Below are positions 1 to 12,190 of a stretch of DNA of 64,000 nt, one piece after another; the stretch's first letter is position 1, and each line of letters opens with the position of its first letter. A program made the translations under genes and the position numbers. The stretch is from Octopus sinensis. Its lineage: Eukaryota. The notes under the pieces were generated by a model, which was given only the letters and a program-made list of their open reading frames with translations, searched no databases and was not told the DNA's origin. The DNA is taken from the NCBI RefSeq assembly GCF_006345805.1, contig NC_043011.1, positions 682,001 through 746,000 of the forward strand. The letters run 5' to 3'.

Positions 1-302
1 CAGCAACACCAGCACTAACTACTCCAGTAAGATATAGTTATGTTACTGATATATATGCTTAATACGTAGCCAGTAGAGAGAATGTGTAGAGCTGTTGTTG
101 AAAACTATGAACAGATGTAATGTTTTACAATTCTAACAAAATTAGAGGATCAATTGAGATTTGCCTGAAGCTGTGCACATAATATAGATTATCAAATGAA
201 AACTGTTTCTGAGAAGATAATGCTTCGGATTATATTGCACTTCTCTCCTTTTTCTTGTTTTCAAGTAGTTTCTTTCCATGGGAATGTAGACTAATAATGA
301 TA

Positions 303-381
<79 letters not shown>

Positions 382-477
382 TAAAAACGGTAAGATAACA
401 AAAGAAAGGAAGAGACCTCAATATTATGTAAATAGAGGAAATTTATCTGTAAAATAGTATGTGACAATTATTCGGTT

Positions 478-547
478 GCCAAGATAAAACTCTGAGTTTC
501 GGATGCCAAAGTGGAAATTCACAACACCATCTCTTCAGTTATCTGGC
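478..547 (-). ncRNA. Type I hammerhead ribozyme-like motif (PLE-associated)
   Basis: Minus strand reads GCCAGATAA-CTGAAGA-GATG...CATC-C-GAAA-CTCAGAG-TT-TTATCTTGGC. Helix I GCCAGATAA/TTATCT(T)GGC, both core boxes present, near-palindromic helix III; one extra C before GAAA. Confidence 0.6.
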
Positions 548-571
548 CATAATTGTCACATATTATTTTAC

Positions 572-641
<70 letters not shown>

Positions 642-1106
642 TTTATTAAAAGCAGCAACAATATTACAAAACTATTACTCAGACTTTCCTGTTCCCGTTC
701 GTCGGACAGTTTGTTTAGAATGGAACAAAATAAGGTTATAAGCAAACGTATACAATTAGTTGGTCCTTTCAACTAACGGTCTTTACAATGACCAGTTGCA
801 TGCAATGAACAGATTTCAGTATAAAACCATCTTATTATAAAATCAAAGAAAGCCTTAAATCAAAAATAGCTTATAAAGAAGGAAAAGTCCTGAATACCCA
901 GGGTAAATAATTATCTGTAAAATATTAATTAATTTTCACATTGGATTACATATACATTTAGCAGTATATGCACATACCAAACCATTTATAATATACACAT
1001 ATACACTAAACATACAGATGCATGTACATAGCTACATACATATACAGAAATATATATAAATAAGATATAAATATATACACAAATGCATAGGCAGATATAT
1101 ATATTC

Positions 1107-1381
1107 TGTGCCGGTGGCACGTAAAAAGCACCATCTGATCGTGGCCGTTGCCAGCCTCCTCTGACCCCTGTGCCGGTGCACGTAAAAAGCACCCTCTACA
1201 CTCACGGAGTGGTTGGCGTTAGGAAGGGCATCCAGCTGTAGAAACACTGTCAGGTTAGACTGGAGCCTGGTGCAGCCTCCTGGCTTCCCAGACCCTGGTC
1301 GAACCATCCAACCCATGCTAGCATGGAAAACGGACGTTAAACGATGATTAGGATGATGATGATGATGATGAAGATGATGAT
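1107..1381 (+). mobile_element. RTE-type 3' end copy (truncated LINE or RTE-tailed SINE) with (GAT)n tail
   Basis: Closely matches the 3' end of the RTE at about 26725-26982: GTGGCACGTAAAAAGCACC...GGTTGGCGTTAGGAAGGGCATCCAGCTGTAGAAAC...GGACGTTAAACGATGAT. Confidence 0.85.
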
Positions 1382-1579
1382 ATGTACGTCCACATATGCA
1401 CAAACAGGAACGTGAAACTCTGAGTAACAGTCTTTGTGATATTTTTGCTGTTTTTTAATAAAGCATGTTGCTCTACCTCTAGTATTCAAATTCTATTTTT
1501 TCCACCTTGTTTCACATTTATGTGCTTGCTCTGGTGTAACCCGCTCCATTTTTAGAAAGTTTGAGCGACTCTCCACAAA

Positions 1580-2200
1580 TAGGAAGAAGAAACAGCTGAA
1601 AGAAATGGAACTTCGAAAAAACGGAGGAGTTTATCCGAAGAATGAGATGGAAAGCCTTCTTCTTTGATACAAAGCAGAAATCTAACGGAAGCAAATATGG
1701 ACTTAAATCTTCCAAAAATCCAACACCTATTTTGGAATTGGAAGCTTTGAAAAAGACTTTTTCAGGCTAATGAGAAAAATTAAATTCTGCAAATTCTGCA
1801 AATTCAACAACCAACTTCAGAGAGATTTGAAAGAAAAAATTAGATCATAAAGAACTCGGATAAGATCATCGTAAATCCGACAAGACAAAAAACTTATACA
1901 TGGTTGACAAAGATATTTATAAACGTCTACTTTTCGAACAGCATTACAGACACCTACAACAAAGATAACACGAATTTATATAAAGAGGTGAATTTGGAGG
2001 CAAGAAGAATTGCTAACAACCTTAAAGCTAGTGATAGGATAGAATACCTACCCTCATGCCAACCCTTTATTACCCTAAAAGACCACAAAGCTAATTTCAA
2101 CAGAAATCCTAAATGTAGACTAATTAATCCAGCTAAAACTGAAATAGGTATTATTAGCAAATATATTTTAGATCGTATTTTAAGCAAATTAGATAGTGAA
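1580..2200 (+). pseudogene. Penelope-like element reverse transcriptase fragment (frameshifted)
   Basis: Peptides FIRRMRWKAFFF, DKTKNLY and QPFITLKDHKANFNRNPKCRLINPAKTEIGIISKYILDRI match PLE N-terminal and RT motif 1-2 patterns. Confidence 0.8.
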
Positions 2201-2227
2201 TTATCTCTCCTTGTTTTTTCTGTGTAC

Positions 2228-2263
2228 CTTTCTGTAGAAGAGCATAGGCTCGAAACGTAGAAG
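2228..2263 (+). ncRNA. Minimal hammerhead-like variant (extra A; core mutated to CUGUAGA)
   Basis: CTTT-CTGTAGA-A-GAGC-ATAG-GCTC-GAAA-CG-TA-GAAG; same architecture and related flanks as 55254-55289 and 60755-60789. Confidence 0.4.
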
Positions 2264-2372
2264 ACTTTTTCTATTCCTGAGCGTTATACTAATACATCTG
2301 TTTGTTTTGTACACCACCTGCTTCAGCTTTTGTTTTTTTCGTAAACTTTCTCTATATATATATATATATATA

Positions 2373-3368
2373 TGGTTTGTGTCTATGTTTTTCGTCTCTC
2401 TATGTGTTCGACGTCTTTTTGGTGTCCTGTACACATATATGCGTGTATATGTACATGTAGAGGTAGGTACGTACATATATGTTTATATATATGCATATGT
2501 TCTATTTTATTAACATATTATACGACTAAACGCACGCACCCTATTAAGTAAGATTGTTCTGTTTATCAAGTTAGCCTTGATATTAACTCTCACGCGACTC
2601 TGCATCTTTCTTTTCTTCTCTCCCATTCCCTTTTTCGTCTTTTTTCCCTCACTTAACTTGTCTCTTCCTCTCTCTCTCATTCTTCATTCTCTCTCTCCCT
2701 TTCACCATTCTTCATGGTCTCCTCGCACCATTCCCCTTCTTCTCTCTCTTCCTCTTGCTCCTCCTCCCCCATTCCCGTCGTCCATCTGCGACGATACTTC
2801 CGTCGTAACTGCTATCCTGTCTTTTCTCGCCCGCCTTCTAAGGCTACTGGTCGACATTTTTTCTCTCTCGTCGTCCACTTTAATCCAGCGTTTGCAATAC
2901 TTTTTTCGTCTGGCGTTAACAGCCCTTCTTATCTTGTTCTCCTTGTCCTGTCTCTCACTGTTATATATTTATTTTTCCACTGTTTATATATATATTTTTT
3001 ACTGTTTATATGTTTGTACTGTCGTTACCGACTTGCTTTTTTTACCCCTCTGCGAAAAGATCTCAGAATTTTAATTGATTTGCTTTTCGTAGGAAGGAAG
3101 TTTTCTTCGAAGTATACGTCTCGCTTTTATCCTTCGAAACGTTTAGTAGATGAAACCTTAGCGACTGAAGAAGGGGATTTTTCGTTGTGCTTATTGTCCT
3201 GTATCTCTTATTTTGCTTGTCTTGTTCCTTGGTTTGTGTCTATGTTTTTCGTCTCTCTATGTGTTCGACGTCTTTTTGGTGTCCTGTACACATATATGCG
3301 TGTATATGTACATGTAGAGGTAGGTACGTACATATATGTTTATATATATGCATATGTTCTATTTTATT

Positions 3369-3375
<7 letters not shown>
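2373..3375 (+). repeat. Pair of identical 146-bp direct repeats (2373-2518, 3230-3375) around a CT-rich spacer
   Basis: The two copies are identical by eye; diverged relatives occur near 19030-19180 and 27945-28000. Confidence 0.8.
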
Positions 3376-3430
<55 letters not shown>

Positions 3431-3538
3431 GGGAATATAACTCCAAACTTACAGAATCAAATTTCACAATATAAATATAAATATATATAAATTAGAAGTA
3501 ATAAATCAATACTAAATCATAATAGTGGTTTTTCTCTA

Positions 3539-3638
<100 letters not shown>

Positions 3639-4375
3639 ATACATATAAGGCTAGTAGAGTTAGAGGTTGGAATAACCATCTAAAGGATAAAAATATCCAT
3701 TTTACTACCAGTATAATTACCTATGTTAACCTATGACATACATATGTAAGCATATTATGCTCATAGATTACAGGTAATGATAAAGGTAAGCATGAGTTTA
3801 TCAGGAATCAAATTTAAAGTAAACAGAAAATGGAGAAATATTGATCAACAACAATCGACTAACATCAATTATTACTTTTTAATACAAATAGAATGTATCC
3901 CATCTAACAGCTGTTTCTACTTCCAATGTTCTACGGTATTGTCATTGAAAATTCTGAAAATAATATTCATCATATTTGGTAACACATCCTATCTGGAGCA
4001 TTGAGTGTCATCGAAGTGACGAAAAACACACAAAAGGAAAGAAAAGAAAAGAAAAGAAGAAGAGCCTCAAGAAGAAGATGAAAGGCTTAATATATTTAAA
4101 TCATAGTATTTTGCATATGAGTCGCTTCAGGACATTGAGTAAATGACTAAACTTAAAATATTAATTGGTGGGTTAATTTTTCTATGGGGGTAACAGGGTG
4201 TATAAATGATAAAAAGGTAAAATCGAAAATTTACCAAAAATTGACTGGTGTTCATCAAAAAGATAAGTCATGCTCATACTTTTCTCTAATATTGTTAAAT
4301 CTTATCAATTACTTATAAAGTATGGTGTAATTATAACGTCTTCATCTATGTTGTAAATTTATTTTATGATATTGA

Positions 4376-4479
4376 GACCTGAAGAGTGGCTATGTATCGT
4401 TGGATCAAAGAAATATTAATTTTGATTATCGATTTTGATATTGTAGATTTGTATACATAGTCACAAAATGTGCGTCGTC
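4376..4479 (+). ncRNA. Decayed type I hammerhead ribozyme
   Basis: GAC-CTGAAGA-GTGGCTATGTAT...ATACATAGTCAC-AAAA-TGTGCG-TC-GTC. 12-bp helix II and 3-bp helix I; GAAA is changed to AAAA, consistent with CpG decay. Confidence 0.65.
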
Positions 4480-4588
4480 ATTTTAATGTGTAGAAAATTT
4501 TAGTACAACGTAAATAATAATGTATTTAAATTTATATAATATCTTTCAGGATTAATTAAATTACTTTATGGATGTTCTATCTCTTAAT

Positions 4589-4620
<32 letters not shown>

Positions 4621-4859
4621 ATATATGTATTTTGATAGATAGATGTATATTTTTCTTTTGAATATTAAAAACAAGTGAGGAATGGGTATAATATACATTT
4701 GAAACCATCCTTTCTTCCATTTTTTATTACACTTTCTCCTCCTCCTTTTTCTTCTCAATTTATAATACTATTTTGCTTTATAGAATAGTTGGTTTATATA
4801 ACAGTTAATAACACACCACACACAGTTACACTTTTGAACTAAATTCAATTGATGTTCAG

Positions 4860-5480
4860 TATCTGACCACCCAGTCTTCAAGTTTAAGGACTTAAACACA
4901 GTCCCAATTTAAATGCCTTGTGAGTTTTGTTCAGAAAGCAATACATAACCAATATACCGAAAGGGATTTTTTTCCTCTGACACATTGAGACTGTTGTTAT
5001 ATTATAGAAACTCTTATATATTCACAGACCTTCTTTTACTCACACACTGAACATCTAATTCTGGCTACAAAACTACCTGTCAGGTTTATGTATTGCACGA
5101 AACAAACACTTTCAGGATTTGCAATTTCCTGAAAAGAATACAACAGGAATCCATCCTCTTGGCCATACTTTTTAACCTATACCTACACGACCTTCCTACA
5201 TCTTCACAAATGATACAGACAGCATCATACTTTGATTATATCACACTACCGTCTCACCATTCTCTCTAAACACTGCTGCACAACTCCAATCCTACATAAA
5301 TCACCGACAAATCTTGCTCTACAACAATGGAATCTGCTGTCTCCTTCGTAAGTAGCAACACCAGAGAATATTGAAAATGACTAATTATCACACTTGACAA
5401 AAGAACACACCACATTCACAGAAGACAAAAATACTAGAATTAGAACATTTACAAGAAACAAAAGCACTGATGTACAAACA
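4860..5480 (+). pseudogene. Old non-LTR retrotransposon RT remnant
   Basis: QESILLAILFNLYLHDLPT near 5144-5200 resembles the RT motif QGSxLSPxLFNLYxxDL; the rest is heavily degenerate. Confidence 0.45.
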
Positions 5481-6501
5481 ATACATTAAATCACTCTTGA
5501 ACAAAGTATTTCTTGCCTGGACCTTCATCTCTCCCAGGTTGTACACAGATGGCAATCACAGACTGCATACACAATGAATAAAAAAAAAATAATAAAAATC
5601 TAAACCACCTGGATAAATGAGGGAAATAGTTTGTTAGTGCAGCTAACTTCAGCCACCATAGTCTCATCTCCAAACAATCAAACATCTCCTATTCAGCGCT
5701 ACCAAAAAAAAAAACAAAACAAAAAAAACGCAAACAGTCCCTAATACTCTGCTGGGGTGCACACAATTTCTACTGTAGTCACAACAAGAATCTGTAAGTT
5801 CACTGACTTAGACTGAAAAGTGTACAAACTATTCAGACTGTCACACCACATTGAATATGAGTCATCATTGCCTGATGGAAAAAAAACAAAACAATATCAT
5901 CCTCATTTAGTTGGAAACATAATAAAACTTGGAAAATGGATGTGTGTATCACCTCACCATATGGCTGACTAGTTACAACTGCTGGATCAAAGCTGAACAA
6001 CATGATTTCTATACAAATAGTTACTGAAATTAAAAGGTAGGTCTGCATCAACAGAAATATAGTTAGAAATAAAATGGAAAATATGTTTGCTGCTGGGTTG
6101 TGAGCTAACAGTGTTAAAAATTTCAAGCAACTTTTTTTCACTCTTACACCTTCTCCCATTTAATCCTTACTCTAGACATTTCTTTACTCTCGGCTTCATT
6201 TTCACAATTAATCCAATTCTATGCTTATAGATTCCAGCATATTCAGATTTCATAATCTCAGGAAATGTTGTAGTTTGAGTGTAATATTATTTATCAAGTT
6301 TGCACTTCATTGTATTAGAAATGTTTTTAGTCACAAAAGCTAAACAAATTGTAATGAGGTGCATCTCATTCATGCATGCACGTGCACGTGCGTGTGTGTG
6401 TGCTGACAATAATACTTGGTGCACATTATCTCTCTTACATAAAGTCAAATCAAGCTCAGTGGATGAAGAATTCAATAACTAGTGTTTCTTCTTTTTATAT
6501 C

Positions 6502-6664
6502 AACAGGAGTGACTGTGTGGTAAGTAGCTTGCTAACCAACCACATGTTTCTGGGTTCAGTCCCACTGTGTGGCATCTTGGGCAAGTGTCTTCTGCTATAG
6601 CCCTGGGCCGACCAATGCCTTGTGAGTGGATTTGGTAGACGGAAACCGAAAGAAGCCTGTCGTA

Positions 6665-6706
<42 letters not shown>

Positions 6707-6927
6707 CGTATGTGTTTGTGTGTCTGTGTTTGTCCCCCTAGCATTGCTTGACAACCAATGCTGGTGTGTTTACGTCCTCGTCACTTAGCGGTTTGGCAAA
6801 AGAGACCGATAGAATAAGTCCTGATCTTACAAAGAATAAGTCCCGGGGTTGATATGCTCGACTAAAGGCGGTGCTCCAGCATGGCCACAGTCAAATGACT
6901 GAAACAAGTAAAAGAGTAAAAGAGTAA
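6502..6927 (+). mobile_element. tRNA-derived CORE-type SINE (octopus OR-like)
   Basis: Head with A-box-like TGACTGTGTGG and B-box GGTTCAGTCCC, CORE-like CTTGGGCAAGTGTCTT, internal (TA)n(TG)n, tail GAAACAAGTAAAAGAGTAAAAGAG; about 14 copies in the window. Confidence 0.85.
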
Positions 6928-7420
6928 ACTGTCCCAATATTACCAACAACCCATCAATTCCTTTAGCCATATATGACACTGCTCAGTTTGTTCTGCATAA
7001 AAAGAATGATATCTTTAGCCTAAGTTAAACGTTTCTTCTAATTTTACACTTTGGTGTAAACTTTATTTTCCTCACAGCAGATTATTCACTGCATTCACAA
7101 TTATCAGTGCACTATCCTTCTCACTTGCAAAAATGTTGGATTATTGCCAAAACTTCATCTTTGAAAAATTCCTATCAATATTGCTAACGTATTGAAGCAA
7201 ACTCCGCTTTTAAAATAGTCAGCAAACAATTTGTGAAATCAATAATTTATTTCAACATCCAGTTACTGAAAATCTCCTATAGGACAGAAGAAAGGTAAAA
7301 ATACAGAAATTTTCACTTACCTGATCAACAGTTTTCTGTCATTCTATATTGCATTATCCTTTTAGGATTGATAGAATAAGTACCAGTTGAGTACTGGGGT
7401 TGACCTCATGCCAAAATTTG

Positions 7421-7422
<2 letters not shown>

Positions 7423-7493
<71 letters not shown>

Positions 7494-7547
7494 GATTATT
7501 ATATTCATCATTATTATTATTATTATTATTATTATATTATTATTATG

Positions 7548-7597
<50 letters not shown>

Positions 7598-7782
7598 CAT
7601 TATTGAGTGAGAGAGCAGTGCATGCCATCAAAGTGACACTGGGGTAAAATATACAAAGCCTAATATACCCATCATGACTACACGTCTGATAAGGGTACAC
7701 CAGGCACATGCATCACAACCATATGTGCGCGACATGGTGATCTCATATCAAGATAAACAGCATATTATTATTATTATTATCA

Positions 7783-7840
<58 letters not shown>
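7423..7840. repeat. (ATC)n/(ATT)n microsatellite array containing a truncated retroposon copy (7601-7762)
   Basis: Trinucleotide arrays seen directly; 7601-7762 duplicates 8201-8362. Confidence 0.85.
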
Positions 7841-7841
<1 letters not shown>

Positions 7842-8163
7842 TAGTTTTATTTTTATAGCATGCTTTCACTTCACTACCGAGCGCAGCTCTGTGTGCCTTG
7901 GGTATGTGCTGTGATTTGTTGTGATGCTCTGATGGTTATTGTATGGAAAGTGTTCTGCGTAGGATGTGTGCAGTGTCCAGTAGTGCAATTTTCTGTATGT
8001 TATATGTGTTTGTAAGTCCTGGTGTTTTTGTTATGTATTTGTCTGAATATTTTTTTATCATGCCTAATGCACCTACTATGATAGGAATTGTTTCTGTTTT
8101 CAGATTCCACATTCTACTTACCTCTATTTCCAGGTCTTTGTATTTTGAGAGTTTCTCCATTTC

Positions 8164-8164
<1 letters not shown>
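7838..8164 (-). mobile_element. R4/Dong-type 3' fragment (RLE C-terminus plus 3' UTR) in (TAA)n
   Basis: EKLSKYKDLEIEVSRMWNLKTETIPIIVGALG...LLDTAHILRRTL is homologous to the C-terminus at 43476-43898; flanked by TAA arrays. Confidence 0.85.
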
Positions 8165-8200
<36 letters not shown>

Positions 8201-8203
<3 letters not shown>

Positions 8204-8545
8204 GAGTGAGAGAGCAGTTCATGCCATCAAAGTGACACTGGGGTAAAATATACGAAGCCCAATATACCCATCATGACTACCCGTCTGATAAGGGTACACC
8301 AGGCACATGCATCACAACCATATGTGCGCGATATGGTGGTCTCATATCAAGATAAACAGCACATGACCTTGCAGGTGGGGCCCAGTTAGAATTTTCTTCA
8401 GGTTTAGTAGCCCATCCCGCTCAAAAGGTTCCTGAATAAGAGTTGTTTAAGGATGTTGAAAGAACCACCTATGTTTCCAGAGGTGAATTATTCAAACCCC
8501 AAAGAATCCCTCTCAACACATGGCTATGATGCTCCCCCACTACTT
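8201..8545 (-). mobile_element. Non-coding retroposon 3' segment ending in (TAA)n
   Basis: Two copies (here and 7601-7762) share the end ...CTCTCTCACTCAA(TAA)n and both lie in TAA arrays; no ORF. Confidence 0.6.
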
Positions 8546-8601
8546 CTTCTTCTTCTTCTTCTTCTTATTATTATTATTATTATTATTATTATATTATTAT
8601 T

Positions 8602-9180
8602 ATTAAGGCAGTGAGCTGGCTGAATCAATACTACACCAGACAAAATGCTTATCCCAGAAAGAAGTAAATCAGGATCATAGATATTGCCATATCTGGAGAT
8701 GCATGAGTGGATGTCATAGAACTGGTAAAGATTGAAAAGTACAAGCTACTAAATGATGAAACTGCATGGATGTGGGCAATCATCCCAATAGTTGTAGGAC
8801 ATTGAGAGCATTAGCAAACAGATTTGAGAAATTTGTTAGAGAGAAAGTAGGATTGACATGTATTAAGGCAGTGAGCTGGCTGAATCAATCTACACCAGAC
8901 AAAATGCTTATCCCAGAAAGAAGTAAATCGGATCATAGATATTGCCATATCTGAGAGATGCATGAGTGGATGTCATAGAACTGGTAAAGATTGAAAAGTA
9001 CAAGCTACTAAATGATGAAACTGCATGGATGTGGGCAATCATCCCAATAGTTGTAGGACATTGAGAGCATTAGCAAACAGATTTGAGAAATTTGTTAGAG
9101 AAAGTAGGATTGACATGATGGTAGAACATGCTCAGAAACCTGTTTTATTGGGAACAGCAAGGATTTTGAGATTAGCATTT
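8602..9180 (+). repeat. Tandem duplication (about 260-bp unit) of a Nin-SINE head fused to a degenerate R4/Dong RLE fragment
   Basis: Units start TTAAGGCAGTGAGCTGGCTGAATC near 8602 and 8863; peptides IIDIAISGD, KIEKYKLL, IIPIVVG and QKPVLLGTARILR. Confidence 0.7.
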
Positions 9181-9371
9181 ACTCTTACTCTTTTACTTGT
9201 TTCAGTCATTTGACTGCGGCCATGCTGGAGCACCGCCTTTAGTCGAGCAAATCGACCCCGGGACTTATTCTTTGTAAGCCCAGTACTTATTCTATCGGTC
9301 TCTTTTGCCGAACTGCTAAGTGACGAGGATGTAAACACACCAGCATTGGTTGTCAAGCAATGCTAGGGGGA

Positions 9372-9421
<50 letters not shown>

Positions 9422-9593
9422 CATATATACGACAGGCTTCTTTCAGTTTCCGTCTACCAAATCCACTCACAAGGCATTGGTCGGCCTGGGGCCATAGCAG
9501 AAGACACTTGCCCAAGATGCCATGCAGTGGGACTGAACCCGGAACCATGTGGTTGGTTAGCAAGCTACTTACCACACAGCCACTCCTGCGCCT
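9180..9593 (-). mobile_element. tRNA-derived CORE-type SINE
   Basis: Full-length reverse-complement copy of the 6502 family. Confidence 0.9.
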
Positions 9594-9741
9594 ATCAGGC
9601 GTTAGGGTTAGGGTTAGGGTTAGGATATTTGGATATTTGGATATTAAAGATCTCGTGAGACCCTTGGCAACAGGTTGTTGTCCTACATAATTAGCTGGAA
9701 CAACTGACATTAAGAGCTTGAGAAGTGAAATAATAATAATG

Positions 9742-9801
<60 letters not shown>

Positions 9802-9803
<2 letters not shown>

Positions 9804-10431
9804 CCTTTCTAGTATAGGCACAAGACCTGAAATTTTGGGGGAAGGGACCTCACTGCTTCACTGATAATTAATTTATTGACCCTGAAATGATGAAAGGCAA
9901 AGCCAACCTCGGTAGAATTTGAAACGTAATGATGGTCGAAATAGCGCTAAACATTTTGCCCAGTGGTGCTAACGATTCTGCTAGCTCACCACCTTAATGA
10001 TAATAATAATAGCAACAATTCTTTCTACTATTAGAACAAAGCCTGAATTTTGTGGGGAGGGACTAGTCCATTATATTGAGCACAGTGCTCAACTGGTACT
10101 TTATGTTATCGACATAAAAGAGATGAAAACAAAGTTAACCATGGCAGAATTTGAGCTCAGAAGATAAAGATGGACAAAATGTTGCTATGCCAGCTTAATA
10201 ATAATAGTTTCAAATTTTGGCACAAGGACAGCCATTTTGGAAGAGGAGATAGGTCGATTTCATCGATCCTAGTGTTTCACTGGTACTTAATTTGTCGACT
10301 CTGAAAGGACGAAAGGCAAAATCGACCTTGGTGGAATTTGAACTCAGAACATAACGGCAGACGAAATACCGCTAAGCATTTCGCCTAGTGTGCTAACGAT
10401 ACTGCTAACTTGCTACCTAATAATGATGATG

Positions 10432-10491
<60 letters not shown>

Positions 10492-10948
10492 TATTATTAA
10501 TAATTATTATTATTATCATTAGGCATGATAAAAAAATATTCAGACAAATACATAGCAAAAACACCAGGACTTACAAACACATATAACATACAGAAAATTG
10601 CACTACTAGGCACTGCACACATCCTACGCAGAACACTTTCCATACAATAACCATCAGAGCATCACAACAAATCACAGCACATACCCAAGGCACACAGAGC
10701 TGCGCTCGGTAGTGAAGTGAAAGCACGCTATAAAAATAAAACTACTGAATAATAATAATAATAATAATCCTTTCTACTATAGGCACAAGGCCAGGAATTT
10801 GTGCTCGACCGGTAACTTAATTTATTGACCCCGAAAGGATGAAAAGCAAAGTCGACCACAGCGAAATTTGAACTCAAAACGTAGCGACGGGCGAAATACC
10901 ACTAAGCATTTCATTCAGTGTGCTAACGATTCTGCTAGCTCGCTGCCT
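9802..10948 (-). mobile_element. Cluster of four Nin/Deu-domain tRNA SINEs (about 9802-9995, 10020-10195, 10207-10418, 10768-10948)
   Basis: Minus strand carries a tRNA-like head, B-box GAGTTCAAAT and GTCGACTTTGC(C/T)TTTCATCCTTTCGGGGTC(G/A)ATAAA, which resembles the Nin/Deu domain core; (ATT)n tails. Confidence 0.75.
10518..10767 (+). mobile_element. R4/Dong-type 3' fragment with (TAA)n tail
   Basis: LGMIKKYSDKYIAKTPGLTNTYNIQKIALLGTAHILRRTLSIQ plus a 3' UTR nearly identical to 7838-8164. Confidence 0.85.
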
Positions 10949-10952
10949 GATA

Positions 10953-11020
<68 letters not shown>

Positions 11021-11040
11021 AATAATAATAATAATTTAAA

Positions 11041-11285
11041 AGTCTTTAAGTTTCAATTTTATAACTGGCGAAAAGAAAAAGACAAAATAACGAGAGAGAA
11101 AAAGGATCGAAAAAAGAAAAGGAAAAAGAAGTATATTTAATCAGTTTTGTATGAATTTGATAATACTCTCTTGTCGTTTTATTCATTCCTCCAAGGTGTG
11201 ATGTTAATAACACGCAAACATATTTTTCCTCATGCATTTTGAGTATTGAAAGTGAAGCAGATTCAGAATATTTTCTGAGAATCTG
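11041..11285 (-). repeat. Inverted copy of the PLE 3' end (inverted pLTR-like segment)
   Basis: Reverse complement of about 11935-12188: MHEEKYVCVLLTSHLGGMNK vs MHEEKYVYGLLTSRPGGMNK; both end AATTGAAACTTAAAGACT. Confidence 0.85.
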
Positions 11286-11289
11286 CTTT

Positions 11290-12190
11290 TGTACACCGTT
11301 ATCTCAAACGCAGCTTCAGTGAATCACAATTAAAGGAAATAGCAAAGAGATAGCTAAGATTATCAAAGAAGGTCAAACCTTCACGCATAATTTTAGCAAA
11401 TACAGTACGATATGTTAACAAAACTCCTTTAATGATTAACTGGCACCGAAATTTCGATGGCATTTCAAAAGTATTGCATGAAAGTTACCAGCATGTTGCG
11501 GAAAAATATCCTCGTTTCAAACAGATGTTTCTTCAGCCGCATATTGTAGCCTTTAGACGGAATAAAAATATGAGAACCATTCACCTCTATTTCTGACTTC
11601 TAGAAAACTAACATTGGAGTATCTGCATGCTGTACTTTGAAAAACAGCCGCAAGAGAGGTAAGCCCTGTTCATTGTGAAACAACTCAAGTCAAGTGAATT
11701 CCATCAGGAATCATAACAGAAATGATATCATTTATACAGAAGATTGGACATGTAGAGATTCCCATTTAGTGTACGAGGCAGAATGTACGAAATACAACTT
11801 GGTTTATGTTGGTTGTACACCAGAACAATTAAACAAAAGATTTAATGGGTGTCAGGCAAAATAACAGTAGTTCGACAGAACTTGCCGAACATTTTGCTTC
11901 AAATGGCTGCAATTTTGAAAAAGATTTGAAAGTGCATACTTTCAGGAAATATTCTGTATCTGCTTCACTTTCAATATTCAAAATGCATGAGGAGAAATAT
12001 GTTTACGGGTTATTAACATCACGCCCTGGAGGAATGAATAAAATGACAGGAGAATATCATCAAATTTATACAAAACTGTTTGATCAAATATTCTTTTTTC
12101 CCTTCCTTTTTTCGTTCCTTTCTCCCTCTCTCTCTCTCTCTTTCTGTCTTTTTCTTTTCGCCAGTTATATAATTGAAACTTAAAGACTGA
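11290..12190 (+). pseudogene. Penelope-like element C-terminus: RT-thumb end, linker and GIY-YIG endonuclease
   Basis: QMFLQPHIVAFRRNKNMR, TCRDSHLVYEAECTKYNLVYVGCTPEQLNKRFNG, LAEHF, EEKYVYGLLTSRPGGMN. Neptune-like by pattern; stops and frameshifts present. Confidence 0.8.

Noticed and set aside
1410-1432. GAAACTCTGAGTAACAG hammerhead 3' half
   Set aside because: No CUGANGA half is visible upstream, so it is incomplete.
3128-3180. CCTTCGAAACGTT...CTGAAGAAGGGG as a type II hammerhead
   Set aside because: The helix II register and helix I pairing do not fit the core geometry.
7310-7350. Strong minus-strand splice donor CAG|GTAAGT as a host exon
   Set aside because: No convincing acceptor or polypyrimidine tract and no recognisable coding sequence; it cannot be supported without RNA data.
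9601-9624. (TTAGGG)n as a chromosome end or healing site
   Set aside because: Only about four internal units next to a SINE; too short to interpret.
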